A DNA stretch of 58,148 nucleotides, counting the filler, from Jimgerdemannia flammicorona (Eukaryota): NCBI GenBank assembly GCA_003990765.1. It is 2 parts of 2 records of this genome, joined end to end, with 100 filler letters (N's around TTAATTAATTAA, not from the genome) between each part and the next. Parts side by side here need not be neighbours in the genome. Positions count along the whole stretch, not along the records: positions 1 to 29,025 come from RBNJ01000526.1; 1 more part is not named here. The stretch is one strand, 5' to 3'. Below, piece after piece: positions 1 through 13,800 of the stretch; position 1 is the first letter of the stretch; each line of letters opens with the position of its first letter. The notes below the pieces were generated by a model. The model saw only the letters and a list, made by a program, of their open reading frames with translations. It ran no database searches and was not told where the DNA came from. The translations under genes were made by a program, and so were the position numbers.

Positions 1-420
1 CCACCCCACCCACCATCCAGTCAGCAGATCCCCCACCAGCTCCTCCCACCTTAATACCTTCTCTCGCAACCCCAACTGCTGCCCCTCCTCAAATACAAAA
101 AGCCAATGTCCTGCCAGGCCCACCTATACTGCTAACACCCACCCTACAGTGAGCCAACTATCCCCCACCCCACCCACAAGCTGAGAGCTTAAGTCCTCCC
201 AGTGACCCCCCTCCCCTACCAGCCAACGCACCACACTCAGTCTATCCCCTATTTCAGCCCAAAATTCCCCCAAGACCTCACACTCTCCCAGTCAATATTC
301 TGGTATCTATATATGACCCCCAGCTTGCCCAACACCATAACACTCCTCGCAGTCAAATTGTCCACCCTCTACTAGATGCCCTGAGTGGAAGTTCAGCATG
401 ACATTCCTCCACAACATTCT
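1..420 (-). mobile_element. LINE (L1/Tx1-like) fragment covering the ORF2 C-terminal region, 5'-truncated; probably inserted into the 5' LTR of E1
   Basis: Collinear with the LINE 3' regions at ~16900-17290 and ~29350-29660/31724-31830 (e.g. gaagttcagcatgacattcctc vs gaagttgagcatgacattcctc). Switches abruptly to LTR sequence at ~421-428. Confidence 0.75.
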
Positions 421-427
421 CAACTAT

Positions 428-2060
428 AGAATACCCTGAACATACTTAGTGAGGCCAATCAAATTGGACAAATCTCAAGCTACTACCAGATTGGCCACCT
501 CCTAGAAGATATGGTTGAATACTATCATGATATAAACATTATCCAGATGTCTCAACATCAGAAACTCATTGCTTGCAAATATTGAGAACTCTTCTATGAG
601 TATAGCACCTTTATTTCCCATCTCTGAGTTACTACTACTGAAATGGTCACTACCCTGTCCTATGGCCAAATCGATGATATGATATAAGAAATTAATCACA
701 AGTATATCAAGTATGTTCAGACTACAGACAGAACCTTTCTACACCCTGATGACTATATCCTGCAAATGTCCCAAATAGGATATGCCATAAAGGATATCTA
801 TAATATAATCTAATTCAACAATGATGAAGCAGAAGACAATAATCCCTCTAATACTAATATGACCTCAAGTCAAAGATATCTGCCAACTCTGATCACTCTG
901 CCAATCTTGCTAATGAACTTACAACAGTTCATAACTACCTATGAAACTTATTGAGACAATGACCACTGGTATAAATACTAACTTGCATTCACTCTCAATT
1001 ACTTCAACTATAATAAAGAGACTAGAGAAAACAATCTGTACCTTCAGACAACTCTCAAGATCAAACCAACCACTCCACCACCCAAGTATAAGCAATATGA
1101 ATTACAGCTGCCAGCTTACTACAACCCCATAACTCATAGTGCTATAACCTATAGAAGGTATGTAGATAGCAAATCTGATGAAAGCAAAAATGATATACCA
1201 CTCCTTCGCCTATCAACTCCATACCTAGCATATGAGACAGACAATGCTATCCTGTGGAATAGTGATGAGTTCCAATGTTTTACTACCTCAGTGAATAGGG
1301 AGAATTAGTCTGCGAACAACTTTTCCTAGACAACTACTTCATCAGAGATAATATCATCAATGGTGATGTCATTGAAGACTACCCAGACAGCATCTAAAGC
1401 TATAAATAGCTTAGCAGTCATAGTATAGTTAGATTAGCCTTATACAATGTGACTGTGAACTGACTTAGCAGTTAGATGATCTCTTGATATATCAGATCAC
1501 ACTTGTACTATATGACTGCATTCTGACTCAGCAAGACACTAAGTACTACATCCATATTCAGTATAGCCTAGATAGCTCCTCACTAGTATAAATACCCCCT
1601 TCTCCAGACCTCAGAATCTCAGACTTAAAAAGACTTAAACATACAAAGAACACTCCTGAATACTTTCCCACAATATCCCTTTACACAACTACTCCTAGTA
1701 TAGCAATATCATGAATAGTGAATAAACCTATTTAATAACCTATAAACCACTCTTAAGTAAATCTGCTCCATTATGAAATTTCCTAATTGAGTATTGTCTG
1801 CAGTGATATACCAATTCAACTAAGCTGACCTTAGTTTCTTGAGCTTTCTGAAATATGGAAAATCCTGAACATCCTGAACTAGTCCAAAAAAGGACTTTGG
1901 TTGAGACATCAATCTGATCTTGAAATCAATAAGTGTAGAGGACATACTCTATATAAAATTGATCTTGACCTTAAGAAGATGGTCTTCCAGAATATCCAGA
2001 ACTTCCAGAAAACCCTTTCAGAACTACATAACAGTTACCCTAACAAGTAACCCTCTTACA
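428..2060 (+). repeat. E1 5' LTR (first ~415 bp not in the window)
   Basis: Aligns with ~8985-10652 and ~30076-31723. Ends ...ctcttaca at 2060. TATAAATA at 1587-1594 and AATAAA at 1721-1726. Confidence 0.9.
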
Positions 2061-2063
2061 ACT

Positions 2064-2075
2064 TGGTAGCAGTGG
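2064..2075 (+). promoter_or_regulatory. E1 primer-binding site (tRNA-iMet-like)
   Basis: TGGTAGCAGTGG lies 3 nt after the LTR end; TGGTAGC is the usual initiator-Met PBS start. Confidence 0.75.
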
Positions 2076-3021
2076 TTTACAATCCAATTCCACTTCAAGA
2101 TACTTTCTCACCCCACAACAAATCCCTCTGAGAATTCCTATAAGTTGGTATAAAGCCCAACCTCTGAACTGGAATTTATTCTAAACCATCTGACAATCTG
2201 GAGAGAATTGAATCTGACATACAAGGACAATTTGACCTCTACACCTACAACAAGTGGGACAAACTTCATTCAAAGAAAGAAATACTCCAGTTAAATCAGC
2301 AGATAGGCAAAACTCTATATACCAAACTCCTTACACTACACCCAGCAAGTCAAGATGAAGAAGGTCTTATAGAAGCCTTCTTTACTCTTCTCAATAAGAG
2401 TTTTATCAGCTTTACAAATCTGAGCAACCTAGAACAACCATCAGCAGTCTTTCTAGCCTTAGTTCCTTACAAAGCCCAAGCCTCTATAGCCAAGTGACTC
2501 AACTCTACAGACTTTCACTACACCAGGACCAAGACTGCATTATACTACTGATTTCAGAACAGCAAGATCCACCATATTCTTAAGGAAGAAGAAAGAGAAA
2601 CCCTTTATCAACAACCTGATCCCAATCCTAAAGTAGGCCCTGCTATAGCTCTATCTGAACCTGAAACCAATATCAAACCAGAATCTAACTTTGAATTAAG
2701 TTCTTCTGAAATTAGATATACAACTGATTCTGTTTACTTTGATGCTGAGCAAACCCAACTATATAGAGACCAAACTGAAGAGGAGGAGGAGTTTCTCAGT
2801 GAATTCGATCCTAGATACACTACTGAAGGAGATGCACCTCCATCAGGACAGAATACATCTACACAGCAACAGACAGCTATCTATTGAGCCCTTACTCCAG
2901 ACCTACAACTATTACTCCAGCAACTTATACAAATCCAAAGAACCCCATCACACTTTGCACCAGTACCTCAAGTAGTACCAGAAATACTACTACCAGTAGT
3001 CTAACTGCCTTAGTAAATAAT

Positions 3022-6000
3022 ATGGCAAACCAACAGATTCTAGACCTCACAGCCCAGATAGCAATAATGGCAGCAACCATTACTGCCCTAGCTGAACAGA
3101 CCTGACCTACTAAAAATCTGAGCCTACCTACCTTCAATGGTACTGCACAAGAAGTCCAAAGCTTCATTAGTGTAGTTGATATCAACTTTGAAGCCAACCA
3201 ATGGACAAATGAGTGAGTTGCTAACTGCCTCCTAATAAACAATCAAGACCACACTCTGGAACAACTCTTTGCTACTACCACAGCCTATGTCTGATGAGTT
3301 GTTACATTCTTCCAAGGACCTACTGAAGAATGGTGGTAAACCCTTCCTGAAAAACCCCTCACATGGGATACCCAACATACAGTAGTTGCCCAGAATACAG
3401 CAAACAATATCCGCCCATCCTACAGCTACTGGACTGAAACAACTCATGATTGCTCAATACTATAGCAAAACCATAATTGCTGAATCTCAAGTAAAACTCC
3501 ACAACCTCAAATTTGATATATATGGCAAGAAAGAATTCGAAATCTTCTATACAAAACTCAAGTCACTTCTGAATACCATTGGCCTAGGATATATTGCCAA
3601 TGATGAAGCATGAAATGGTATAAGAGCAGACCATCTATTCAATACAAAATCCAAATAGCTTACTAGAAAAATCAGAGAACAAGGCCACCCAGTTGATTGT
3701 GATCACCAACAATGGTACCTAGCAAGAATCAAGACCATGGTCAAGCAAATCCTAACAGCTGGACCAATTCTGCCCTGAAGACAATTTAATAACAAGGAAA
3801 AGACTTGGACCAAGAAAGAAGAACCTAAGCATGAAGCATCCCAAGCTCCCTTCACATCCACCTCTTAGATACTCAGAAATCATGAACCCACCCAGCTGAG
3901 TATCTTCAAGAAACTCACTGAAGGAGAAAGGAATGAACTTCGAAGAAGCAGAGCATACTTCTATTGCCAAAAGACAGGACATATGGCCAGTGCCTACCCT
4001 AACTGAAAACCCCAAACAGCAACATGAGCAACTGTTACTACTCTACACCACCTCAATAATCTGACTACCAGAATACTGGACTTTGTCAAGTTAAGGCAAA
4101 CTGCCAAGACCCCAACCAAAGGAAGTCAAAAGGCAGCTAGATATAATCTGTATGCAGCTGAAGAAGCTATAGTTTCCAACCAAGAAATCAAGTAAGTCTA
4201 CACAGGAATCAGTATCCAAATCTCTGAAGGATATGTTAGAAGAATATACTATTGCAGCAGCCTAGCATTGAAAGAACTCTCAGTAGAAGGAAGAGTTATT
4301 GATGAAGATTATACAGGTGAAATTGTTGTCCTCATCTGAAACCATAGTTGGACACTCTTCAAGACTCCATTGGTCTCTGCATTGCTCAGATCTTATTCAA
4401 AAAAATCAAGTCAACCCTGACAGTCAAGGAAGTCTCTGAACTACTGCCCACCATCCAAGGATCTAAAGGATTTAGCTCATCAAACAAGGCTCCAGCCCAA
4501 TCTACCATAAACAAAGAAGAATAATTCTACAAGAAAATCAAAGATAGATATATACTAAGTGGCCAATGTCTCCATGGCATTGGAATGTACTCTTTCTGAA
4601 TGATTGATGATTACTTCTCTTATATCAATGAACTGGCTCAAAGAAGAACCAACAGAAGAAAAGCTTCTATAACCGAAATCACCATCATTAGATCAGACAA
4701 ACTGCTTATACTTCAAGCTTTTGTCAATCAAGCATCTGTCAAGATTATGATAGACAGTGGTGCCTCAGGCAACTTTATCAATGAAGAAACAGCCAACAGA
4801 CTCAAGGTCCTGACATCTCTGATATAACAAACTCAAGTAGTTGTTACAGCTGATAGAACCTCTCATGTCATTAGTAAGGAAGTCTACAACCTGCCCTTCT
4901 GAATTAGTGACTACCAAGTACATGTTACCCTTCAGATCATATCACTTCCTGACAACAAGATCATTCTTGGAACTCCATAGTTAAAACAAAAGAACCCTAT
5001 GATCAATTGGGTAAACTATTCTCTAACCATCAAGAAAGGATGCCACAACTTCAAACTATAAGGTGAAAGGGACCCACTCAGCTCTAGTGACCCTAGATCA
5101 AAGATCACTCATATCAATAAGCTACAGCTCAAAAAATTGGCCAAGAAATACCCTCTCTTTGCCATCTCCATCTGTCCATCCAAAGGAGAACCTGAGAACT
5201 CTGAGAAAGACTTTTTCAAAGTTGACAGCTGTGTCAGACCATTATTCTAGAAATTCTGAGACATATTCCCAAAGAAGCTTCCAAAAGGCCTACCTCCTAA
5301 ACGAGTAGTAGACTATGCCATCAAGACTATTCTAGATACTAAGCCAGCCTTCAAGTCAATCTACCACATGTTTCTGAGAGAAATCAATATACTCAAGAAA
5401 GAAATTGACAAACTCCTAGAACAAGGATTCATCAGATCCAGTATATCACCCTATGGTACACCAGTCCTCTTCATTGTAAAGAAAGGAGAAGACCTATAAA
5501 TATGTATTGATTACCATGACCTCAATGAACAGATCATCAAGAACTATTGCCCACTGTCCAGAATCAATGAAATATTCAATAGACTTACCAACCCACAATT
5601 TATGAGCTCTTTTGATCTCCAAAATGGCTAGTGGCAAATTGCTATGAAAGAAGAAGACATCTACAAGACAGCTTTCCAAACCCACTATGGACACTTCAAG
5701 TTTCTGGTTATGCCTTTTAATTTAACTAATGCTCCTGCAACCTTCCAGATACTGATGAATATCATCCTGTACCTATACCTAGACAAATTTATTGTTGTCT
5801 ATATTGATGACATCCTAGTCTTCAGCAAAACCCTGGAGGAACATCTTGAACACCTTGAACTAGTACTACTGAAACTTCAAGAAAACACAAAACTCAGCAA
5901 GTGTGAATTTCTCTTGAAAGAAATTCAATTCCTTGGATATATTGTCACACCAAATAGAATCAAAGTGAACTCTAGCAAAATCTCTACAATCAAGGATTGG

Positions 6001-8120
6001 CCTAGACCAAAGAAGCTGAAAGACCTCCAGTCATTCCTGGGATTAGCAAACTATTATAGATGATTTGTTGCCAACTTTGCCAAAATCACTCTGTCCTTAC
6101 CCAAATGACTAAGCACAGCAAGAAAGAAGAACAGCCCTGGACCATGAAACAAGAAAAAGACTTCAACAATCTTATAAATTGGGGATCTGAGCAAGATACC
6201 ACCTTTCAAGTACTAAAGAATGCCTTAATAACCACTCTAGTACTTCAAGCAGCAAATTCTGCCCTACCATATGAAGTTACTACTGATACCTCTGACCTAG
6301 CCCTTAGAGCAGTACTTATGCAAGAAGGACACCCTGTGGCCTATCACTCTCATAAGTTCAATAATGCTGAAATCAACTATGTAACTTACAAGAAGAAAAT
6401 GTTAGTTATTGTAAACACTCTGATCAAATAGTGACTATACCTAAAAGGAGCATACTTCACTGTATTGACTAACTACAAGTCATTAGTCAACATCAAGACC
6501 CAGGCTATCCTTTCCTAAAAGTAAGCCAGATGGATGAAAGTTCTCACCAACTTTGACTATGAAATCCAGTATCACCCTGGCAAGGAAAATATTATTGCTA
6601 ATATAATCTCCAGACCACCAATCAAAGAGGTTATCCAAAAATCTCACCTTAGTTACCAATACTATTATGGAACAAATTATTGCAGTATGTGCCAATGATA
6701 AGAAAGCTCAAGTACTCAGAGAAATTCTAAACAGTAATGATACTGACAAGTATACCCAGTATAACTAATACCAACTGAAGGACAATGCTATCTACTATAA
6801 GGACAGATTGTATATTCCAAATAAGCAAGATCTCTGAAGGACTATCCTATTCAAATGTTATGATACCCCTACCACTAGACATTTAGGATTTAACAAATAC
6901 TATAAAGTTATCTCCCAAAACTTCTATTGGCCCTGCATAACAGATCAGCTAAAGACCTACATCACTTTCTGTGATGCCTGCCAATGGAACAAGTCCTCAA
7001 CACTAGCAAAACCTAGCTTACTACACCCCATCCCAGTACCATCCACTAATTGGGAACAAATCTCTATAGACTTCATTATACAACTACCCCAGACCAAGAA
7101 CAAGAAAGATACAATTATTGTCTTTATAGACTATCTCAGCAAACAAGCCTACTTTGTGTCAACTACTACTACTGCAACAGTACCAGACATAGCCACACTC
7201 TTGTTTGACAATATTTTCTGCTATCATGGTCTTCCTAAGATCATTATTAGTAACTAAGATCTGAAATTCACTAGCTATTTTTGGAAAGCCCTCCATGCAT
7301 ACCTTGGAACAAAACTTGCACTATCTACAGCCTTTCACTCTGAAACTGATGGCCAAACTGAAAGAATGAACCAAACTCTGGAACAAATGCTAAGGAACTA
7401 TATTTCCTATAGACAAGATTATTGATATGAATATCTCACCACAGTTAAGTTTGCCTACAATAACAGCAAGCAAGCCTATCTTGGAATAACCCCATTCTTC
7501 ATCAATACTGGACAAAACTCAAATACCCCTCTGATACTTATCCAAACCACTGATGAACCCTCCACAGTTGAAGCTATTGAAGAATTCCTGCTCTGAATGT
7601 GCAATCTAAGCCAGATCACAATTGAGAATTTATTGCAAGCTTAAGAACAACAGTTACAGTATGTTAACCAATACTACCAAGAAGAAACCTTTGATATCGG
7701 AGAAAAAGTTCTACTAGATATTTGAGGATACCAAGTTGATAACCTCAAGCACAGACCTTCTACAAAGCTGAACAGCAAGTTTATCAGACTATTTGAAGTC
7801 ATTGTACAAGTCTCTCCTACTTTCTACAAATTGTGCTACCAGATACTATTAGGATTCACCCTGTTTTTAATATTCAATGTCTCAAGCAATATAATGAAAA
7901 TGACAATAAGCTATTCTCAAACCAGACCACTGAACTACCTGCATATGTCATTATTAATGACCAAGAAGAATACAAAGTTGAATAAATCCTTAACAAATGT
8001 GGCCACAAGAACTATCCAGAGTATCTTGTCAAATAGAAAGGTTATCTGATCCATGATACAACATAGGAACCCAAGACCAATCTCCAGAATGTCACTGACT
8101 TGGTCTAGGAATATAATTCC
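3022..8120 (+). pseudogene. gag-pol: E1 gag-pol (gag, dUTPase, Cys/His module, PR, RT, RH, IN, chromodomain) with many nonsense and frameshift lesions
   Basis: Zn knuckle YFYCQKTGHMASAYP at ~3955-4000; PR ~4700-5060; RT ORF 5644-6063; RH TDTSDLALRAVL ~6280; IN ~6850-7880; chromodomain EEYKVE*IL...EYLVK*KGY...T*EPKTNL ~7960-8120. Confidence 0.92.
4080..4490 (+). pseudogene. dut: dUTPase domain of E1, between gag and protease
   Basis: Decayed motifs: AARYNLYAAE (motif 1 AGYDL), TGISIQI, SSLAL (2), VIDEDYTGEI (3), IAQI (4), QGSKGFSSS (5). Confidence 0.88.
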
Positions 8121-8548
8121 TTAGACAACTGAAACCGAATACTCTGCACCTATCAGTACATACTATATATTACCCTCCTGAATATTATAATTATTATGAA
8201 CCAAATCAAGAACTCAGCAAGACAAAATAAAAGAATACCAACCCTCTAGAAAAAAAGCAAAACTGAAAGCAAGCCTATTCTCCTCATACCACTGATGGGA
8301 AACAAGATATAGATATTTAAGAAGATTCCTTAGAGGAAATTCTCTAGTAGTAAATGATGTGAGAATCACTTCCAGCATACAGCATTGAATACATGACCCT
8401 TTAACATATGAATCTAATGCATTAGGCAACTGTACTATGAGTATGCCACTTTTTGAAAAAAAATGGACTTTACCAGACTTTTGACCTCCCAAATGGTGTA
8501 ACAATACTGGAACAAATTAAGAAGGCCCCAATGAGGATGTCAAAAGCT

Positions 8549-8561
8549 AAGAAGGGGAGAG
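8549..8561 (+). promoter_or_regulatory. E1 polypurine tract
   Basis: AAGAAGGGGAGAG just before the 3' LTR start (tataagcacac, versus tgtaagcacac in the solo LTR). Confidence 0.85.
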
Positions 8562-8562
8562 T

Positions 8563-10652
8563 TATAAGCACACAACCTCTAAGCCACTGAAATGAGATGT
8601 CACTCTCTGAACAAGCCACCAAAATTACATACAACAACTGAACAAATCTGGAAATCACCTACTCAATCATGAAGCTAAGTCAAACCAAAGTTATAGTGTA
8701 CAAAGTTGAGTCAACATAAAGTCATAAAACACAAGATTTATACAAACAGAATCTTACCAATCAGGACCAAATATATATATACCAAGCATCAAGATGCATC
8801 AAAACAGAGAACCAAAACAAATCAAACAAACAACTACAACTTCTGAATATATACAAATATGACCACCAAGATCTATAACTATATCTGTACTGATATTTGG
8901 AATGCCATTGTCAACTGAGCCACATCCCCTCTGCCCCTTATGAATATCCATAGCCTAGCACTCCTCTACTTTGTGGAAGCTTGATGGAATGCCCTGAACA
9001 TACTTAGTAAGACCCACTAAATCAGACAAATCTCAAGCTACTACCAGATCAGCTACCTTCTAGAAGACATGGTTGAACACTACTATGATATGGACATTAC
9101 CCAGATGTCTCAATATCAGAAACTCATTGCCGGTAAACATTGAGAACTCTTCTATGAGTACAGCACCTTTATTCCCTGTCTCTGAGTTACTACTGCCAAA
9201 ATGATCACTACTCTGTCCTATGGCCAAATTGACAACATGATACAAGAAATCAACCACAAGTATATCAAGTATGTTCAGACTATAGACAGAACCTTCCCAC
9301 ACTCTGATGACCATATCCTGCTAATGCCCCAAATAAGATATACTATGAAGAATGTCTACAATATAATCTGATTTGATGATGATGAAGCAGAAGATAATGA
9401 TCCCTCTGATGCTGACATGACCTTAAGCCAAGGATCCCTGTCAACTCTGATTACTCTGCCAATCTTGTCAATAAACTTACAATAGTTCATAACTATCTAC
9501 AAAACTTATTGGGACAATGACCACTGATATGAATACCAACCCGCATTTTACCCCCGATTACTTCAACTATAATGAAGAGACTGGAGAACACAATCTGTAC
9601 CTTCAGACAACTCTTGAGATTGAACTGACCACTCCACCATCTGAGTATGAGTAACATGAATTATAGCCACTAGCTTACTACAACCCCATGACTCATAGTG
9701 CCATAACCTATAGAAGGTATGCAGATAGTGAATCTGATAAAAGTGAAAACAATACACTACTCCTTTGCCCACCAACTCTATATCTAGCATATAAGACAGA
9801 TGATGCTATCTTGTGAGATAGTGATGAAGTTCCAATATATTACTATCTTAGTAAACAGAGAGAATTAATCCATGAACAACTCTTCCTAGATAACTACTTC
9901 ATCAAAGATGATATCATCAATAGTGATGTCATCAAAGACTACCCAGACAGCATCTAAAGCTATAGATAGCTTAGCAGTCATAGTATAGTTAGATTAGTCT
10001 TATATGATGTGACTGTGAACTGACTCAGCAGTTAGATGATCTCTTGATATATCAGATCACACTTGTATATACTACATGACTGTATTCCAACTCAGTAAGA
10101 CACTAAGTGCTACATCCATATTTAGTATAGCCTAGATAGTCCCTCACTAGTATAAATATTCCCTCCCCCAGACCTCAAAATCTCAGACTTAAAAAGACTT
10201 GAATATACAAAGAACACTTCTGAACACTTTCTTATAATATCCCTTTATACAACTACTCCTAGTATAGCAATATCATGAATAGTGAATAAATCTATTTAAT
10301 AACCCACAAACCACTCTTAAGTAAATCTGCTCCCCATTAGATCCCACTCCTAACCCTATCACGAAATTTCCTAATTGGGTATTGTCTGCAGTGATACACC
10401 AATTCAACTAAGCTGGCCTTAGTTTCTTAAGCTTTCTGAAATATGGAAAATCCTGAACATCCAGAACTAGTCTGAAAAAGGACTTTGGTTGAGATGTCTA
10501 CCCAATCTTAAAATCAATAAGTGTAGAGGATGTACTCTATATGAAATTGATCTTGACCTTAAGAAAATAGTCTTCCAGAATATCTAGAACTTCCAGAAAA
10601 CCCTTCCAGAACTACATATATAACAGTTACTCTAACAAGTAACCCTCTTATA
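8563..10652 (+). repeat. E1 3' LTR (~2090 bp) containing a decayed ORFX copy (~8859-9988)
   Basis: Full-length match to the solo LTR at 29662-31723; termini TG..CA mutated to TA..TA. Confidence 0.93.
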
Positions 10653-10807
10653 ATTATTGAGCTTTATTTAGATCTAGATTTCTAGAGATTTATATGTTGA
10701 TAGATATATAGTAGTTCAGTAGAGTTCTATTGATGTTTGATTGCTCTAAGGATAGTAGTGGTAATCTTGTTCTTAACTTGTTCTTGGTATCATTACTGAG
10801 TACTCAT
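10653..10807 (-). pseudogene. N-terminal remnant of ORFX in E2, cut by the E1 insertion
   Basis: MSTQ**YQEQVKNKITTTILRAIKHQ*NSTELLYI aligns with E4 ORFX KITSATQRAIERQWHTTKPPTI and lies just downstream of the chromodomain. Confidence 0.65.
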
Positions 10808-13800
10808 ATTGAGAGAAGGGGGAGTGGGTTATCTATACAGATTTATGTTAGAATATTTATACTTCTTTTTACTGGAGTTATTTAGAGATAGAGATATAAC
10901 TATCTTTTGGAAATTCTCTCAGAATTTCCATTATATTTAATTTTTATATCAGGTTACTACTTCTTCTATATTTGGCAAAAGATTGTCTTCTTTTTTCTAG
11001 GTTATATTATATTTAGGATATCCTTTCCAATTTACAAAATAGTACTGGGTGACCTTGACAGCTCATCTAAATTAGTAATCCTTATAATCAAAGATATGAT
11101 TAACTTCATATTCTGATTGTTGATCAATAATCACTAGATCTGGAGGTGATATAGTTCTTCCTTCAAAGGTATTTGGAGTATATGGCTGAAGTTGAGATAT
11201 ATAAAATAGTAGATAGATCTTTCCTAGTATTGCTGGAAGATCAAGCTTGTATACAATAGGTCTATATTCTTTGAGAATCTTAAATAGTCCAATATAGTAT
11301 AGTCTGAGTTTCTTCTTTGGACTAGTATTACTTAAGGTTAGGTACTGAGTACTGAGTAATACTTGTTCTTCTATTTTGTAGGTAACTTCTCTTCTATTTT
11401 TGTCAGTATATACTATTTGTATCTTCTGTATTTCCATGAGAGTGTCTTGTGTTTGCTAGATATTACTTTGTATAGTTTCAGTAATTTCTTGTACTACTAG
11501 TACTATAATTTGAGTAGTAACTATAGGGGTTCATAGATATTATCTATGGTTCAAGTAGAATGGTGTCATCTTGGTACTTATACTTGGGCTGTTATTATAA
11601 GCAAATTCAGCTAAGGTCAGCTTTTCATCCCAATTGTTTTGCTTATAGCCATAGTAGATACTAAGTATCTACTTTAGACTTCAATTGATTCTTCTGTCTG
11701 ACTATCTATTTATAGATGGTATACTATAGATGTTTTCGGTTACACCTCTAGACTCTTGAAGAGTGCTTGCTAAAAGTTGCTTATAAACTTTATATCTCAG
11801 TCTGAGATAATTGCTAATAGTAGTCCATAAAGGTAGAATATATTGTCAATAAACAGTTGTACTATTTCTAGTACTATTGCTATAGTAATTATTATAATAA
11901 AGTGGGTCTGCTTACTGAGGTGATTGATAAAGACAACAATTGTATCTCTTCTCTTTTTAGTTTTTGGCAATTGGACAATAAAGTCCATATCAATGTGGTC
12001 TCAATTTTGGGTAGGAATTGGTAGTAGTTATAGAGTGCCAGCTAGTATCTGATTGTGGACTTATACCTTTGGCAGATATCATAAGATATAATATAATTCT
12101 TGATGTCTGATATCTTTTTGGACCAGTAGAAGTCTTGAGTGATATTCTGGTATATTTTGTCAAATACCATATATGTAACTGGCTATAGATATATCATAGA
12201 GTTCTTATAGGATTCATAAGTAGATAGAGATATCAGAGATCTAGATTCTTATATTTTCAAGATACATATAATCTATTTTGAATAGACATATTTTTATAGA
12301 CTTTCTTCATAATATTGCTGCCTTCTTTGAGAATTTGTCTGATAGTTTCTTATATATTGGCATCTTTGATATATACTTCCTTGACTTTTTCAAATAGGCT
12401 AGTGATAATATTGCTAATTGTTATAAGGTCTTCATTTTGAGTACTTTAGGAGAGTGTATCAGCTACTTTATTCTTAGTTCCAGAAATATGCTTAATTTTG
12501 ACATTGAAGAGTATGAGGATCTGCATCTATCAGACTTATCTTTCTATGAAAATTGGCTATATCTGAATATATTGGAGAGCTTAATAATCAGTATATCTAT
12601 GCTTATAGAGATTGGATGACAGTAAGGAGTTCCTTGTCTTATATTATATAGTTTCTTTCATACTCATTGAGTTTCTGAGACAGGTAGGTAACAGGATATT
12701 TATGTTAGGTCAGAACTGCTCTAATGGCAATATTAGAAGTATCAGTAATAATTACAAATAGTTCTGTTGAGTCAGGACTGATTAGGATTAGTATATCTGT
12801 TAATATTCTCTTGAGAGTATTTATGGCCATAGTACATATCTCTGTTCATTCTTTTTTGATGTTGGCTCCTTTCTTGGTAAAGCTTATGAGTAGGGCAGTA
12901 ATTGTAGAGAATTCTTGAATGAATCTGCTATAATATCCTGCTAGTCTATTGAATCCTCATAAGAACTTGAGAGTCTTGGGGATAGGCCAATTACAGATTG
13001 CTTGAGTTTTCTTAGAATCAACAGCAATACTATTTTTGGAGATGATATGCCTTAGATATTCAATTTTCTTCTTGAAAAAATAGTATTTCTTCTTTTTTAC
13101 TAAGAGCTTATATTTACAAAGTATGTTAAAAACCATTTGCAGGTGCTGTCAGTAAATAATATTACTTGTACTATACACCAGGATGTCATCCAGATAGACC
13201 AGAATAAAGACTCTAAGATATTTTTGAAAAATGGCATTCATCTATATTTGGAAAATTTCTGGTATATTGGTGAGGTCAAATAGCATTATATAGAATTTAT
13301 AATGGCCAAATCTTATTCAAAAGGCTGTTTTAGGAATATCCTCTTCTTTGATATAAATTTGGTAATATCTAGATACAAGGTTAATGAGTGAGAAGATCTT
13401 GGCCTTATATACTTAATTGAATAGTTTGTCAATTCTTGAGAGTATATATTGGTTCTTAACTGAGATTTTGTTGAGTACTTAATAGTCAATACATATGTGG
13501 AGACTTCTATCCTTCTTATAGATAAAGAGGATTAGTATACTGTATGGTAATTTTAATGGACAGTTGAGTTCTTTATTTGTTAATTCTACTAGTTATTCTT
13601 TGAGGGTCTCCAACTTGAGTTGAGATAATTAGTAGATTCCATGATAGAGAGGGTCACAACTGAGAATAGTTTTGATGCTATATTCTATTGCTCAGACTAG
13701 TAGCAGTCCTTGAGGTTCTTGGAAGATATTTTCATATTTATTGAGTAGTTCTTGAAGGTTGTCTTCCTCATCATCTTCATCTTTTAGAAGCTCAGAAAGT

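Larger units (their letters stand above)
428..10652 (+). mobile_element. E1: Ty3/Gypsy chromovirus-type LTR retrotransposon with ~2.1-kb LTRs, degenerate
   Basis: Direct repeats at 428-2060 and 8563-10652, PBS and PPT. Domains in order: gag (CCHC remnant), dUTPase, PR (IDSGASGNF), RT (MPFNLTNAPATFQ, YIDD), RH, IN, chromodomain. Confidence 0.95.

Noticed and set aside
10811..10828. Purine run GAGAGAAGGGGGAGTGGG as a PPT
   Set aside because: It is on the wrong strand for E2 and no LTR follows; it lies in the leader of the E2 ORFX remnant.
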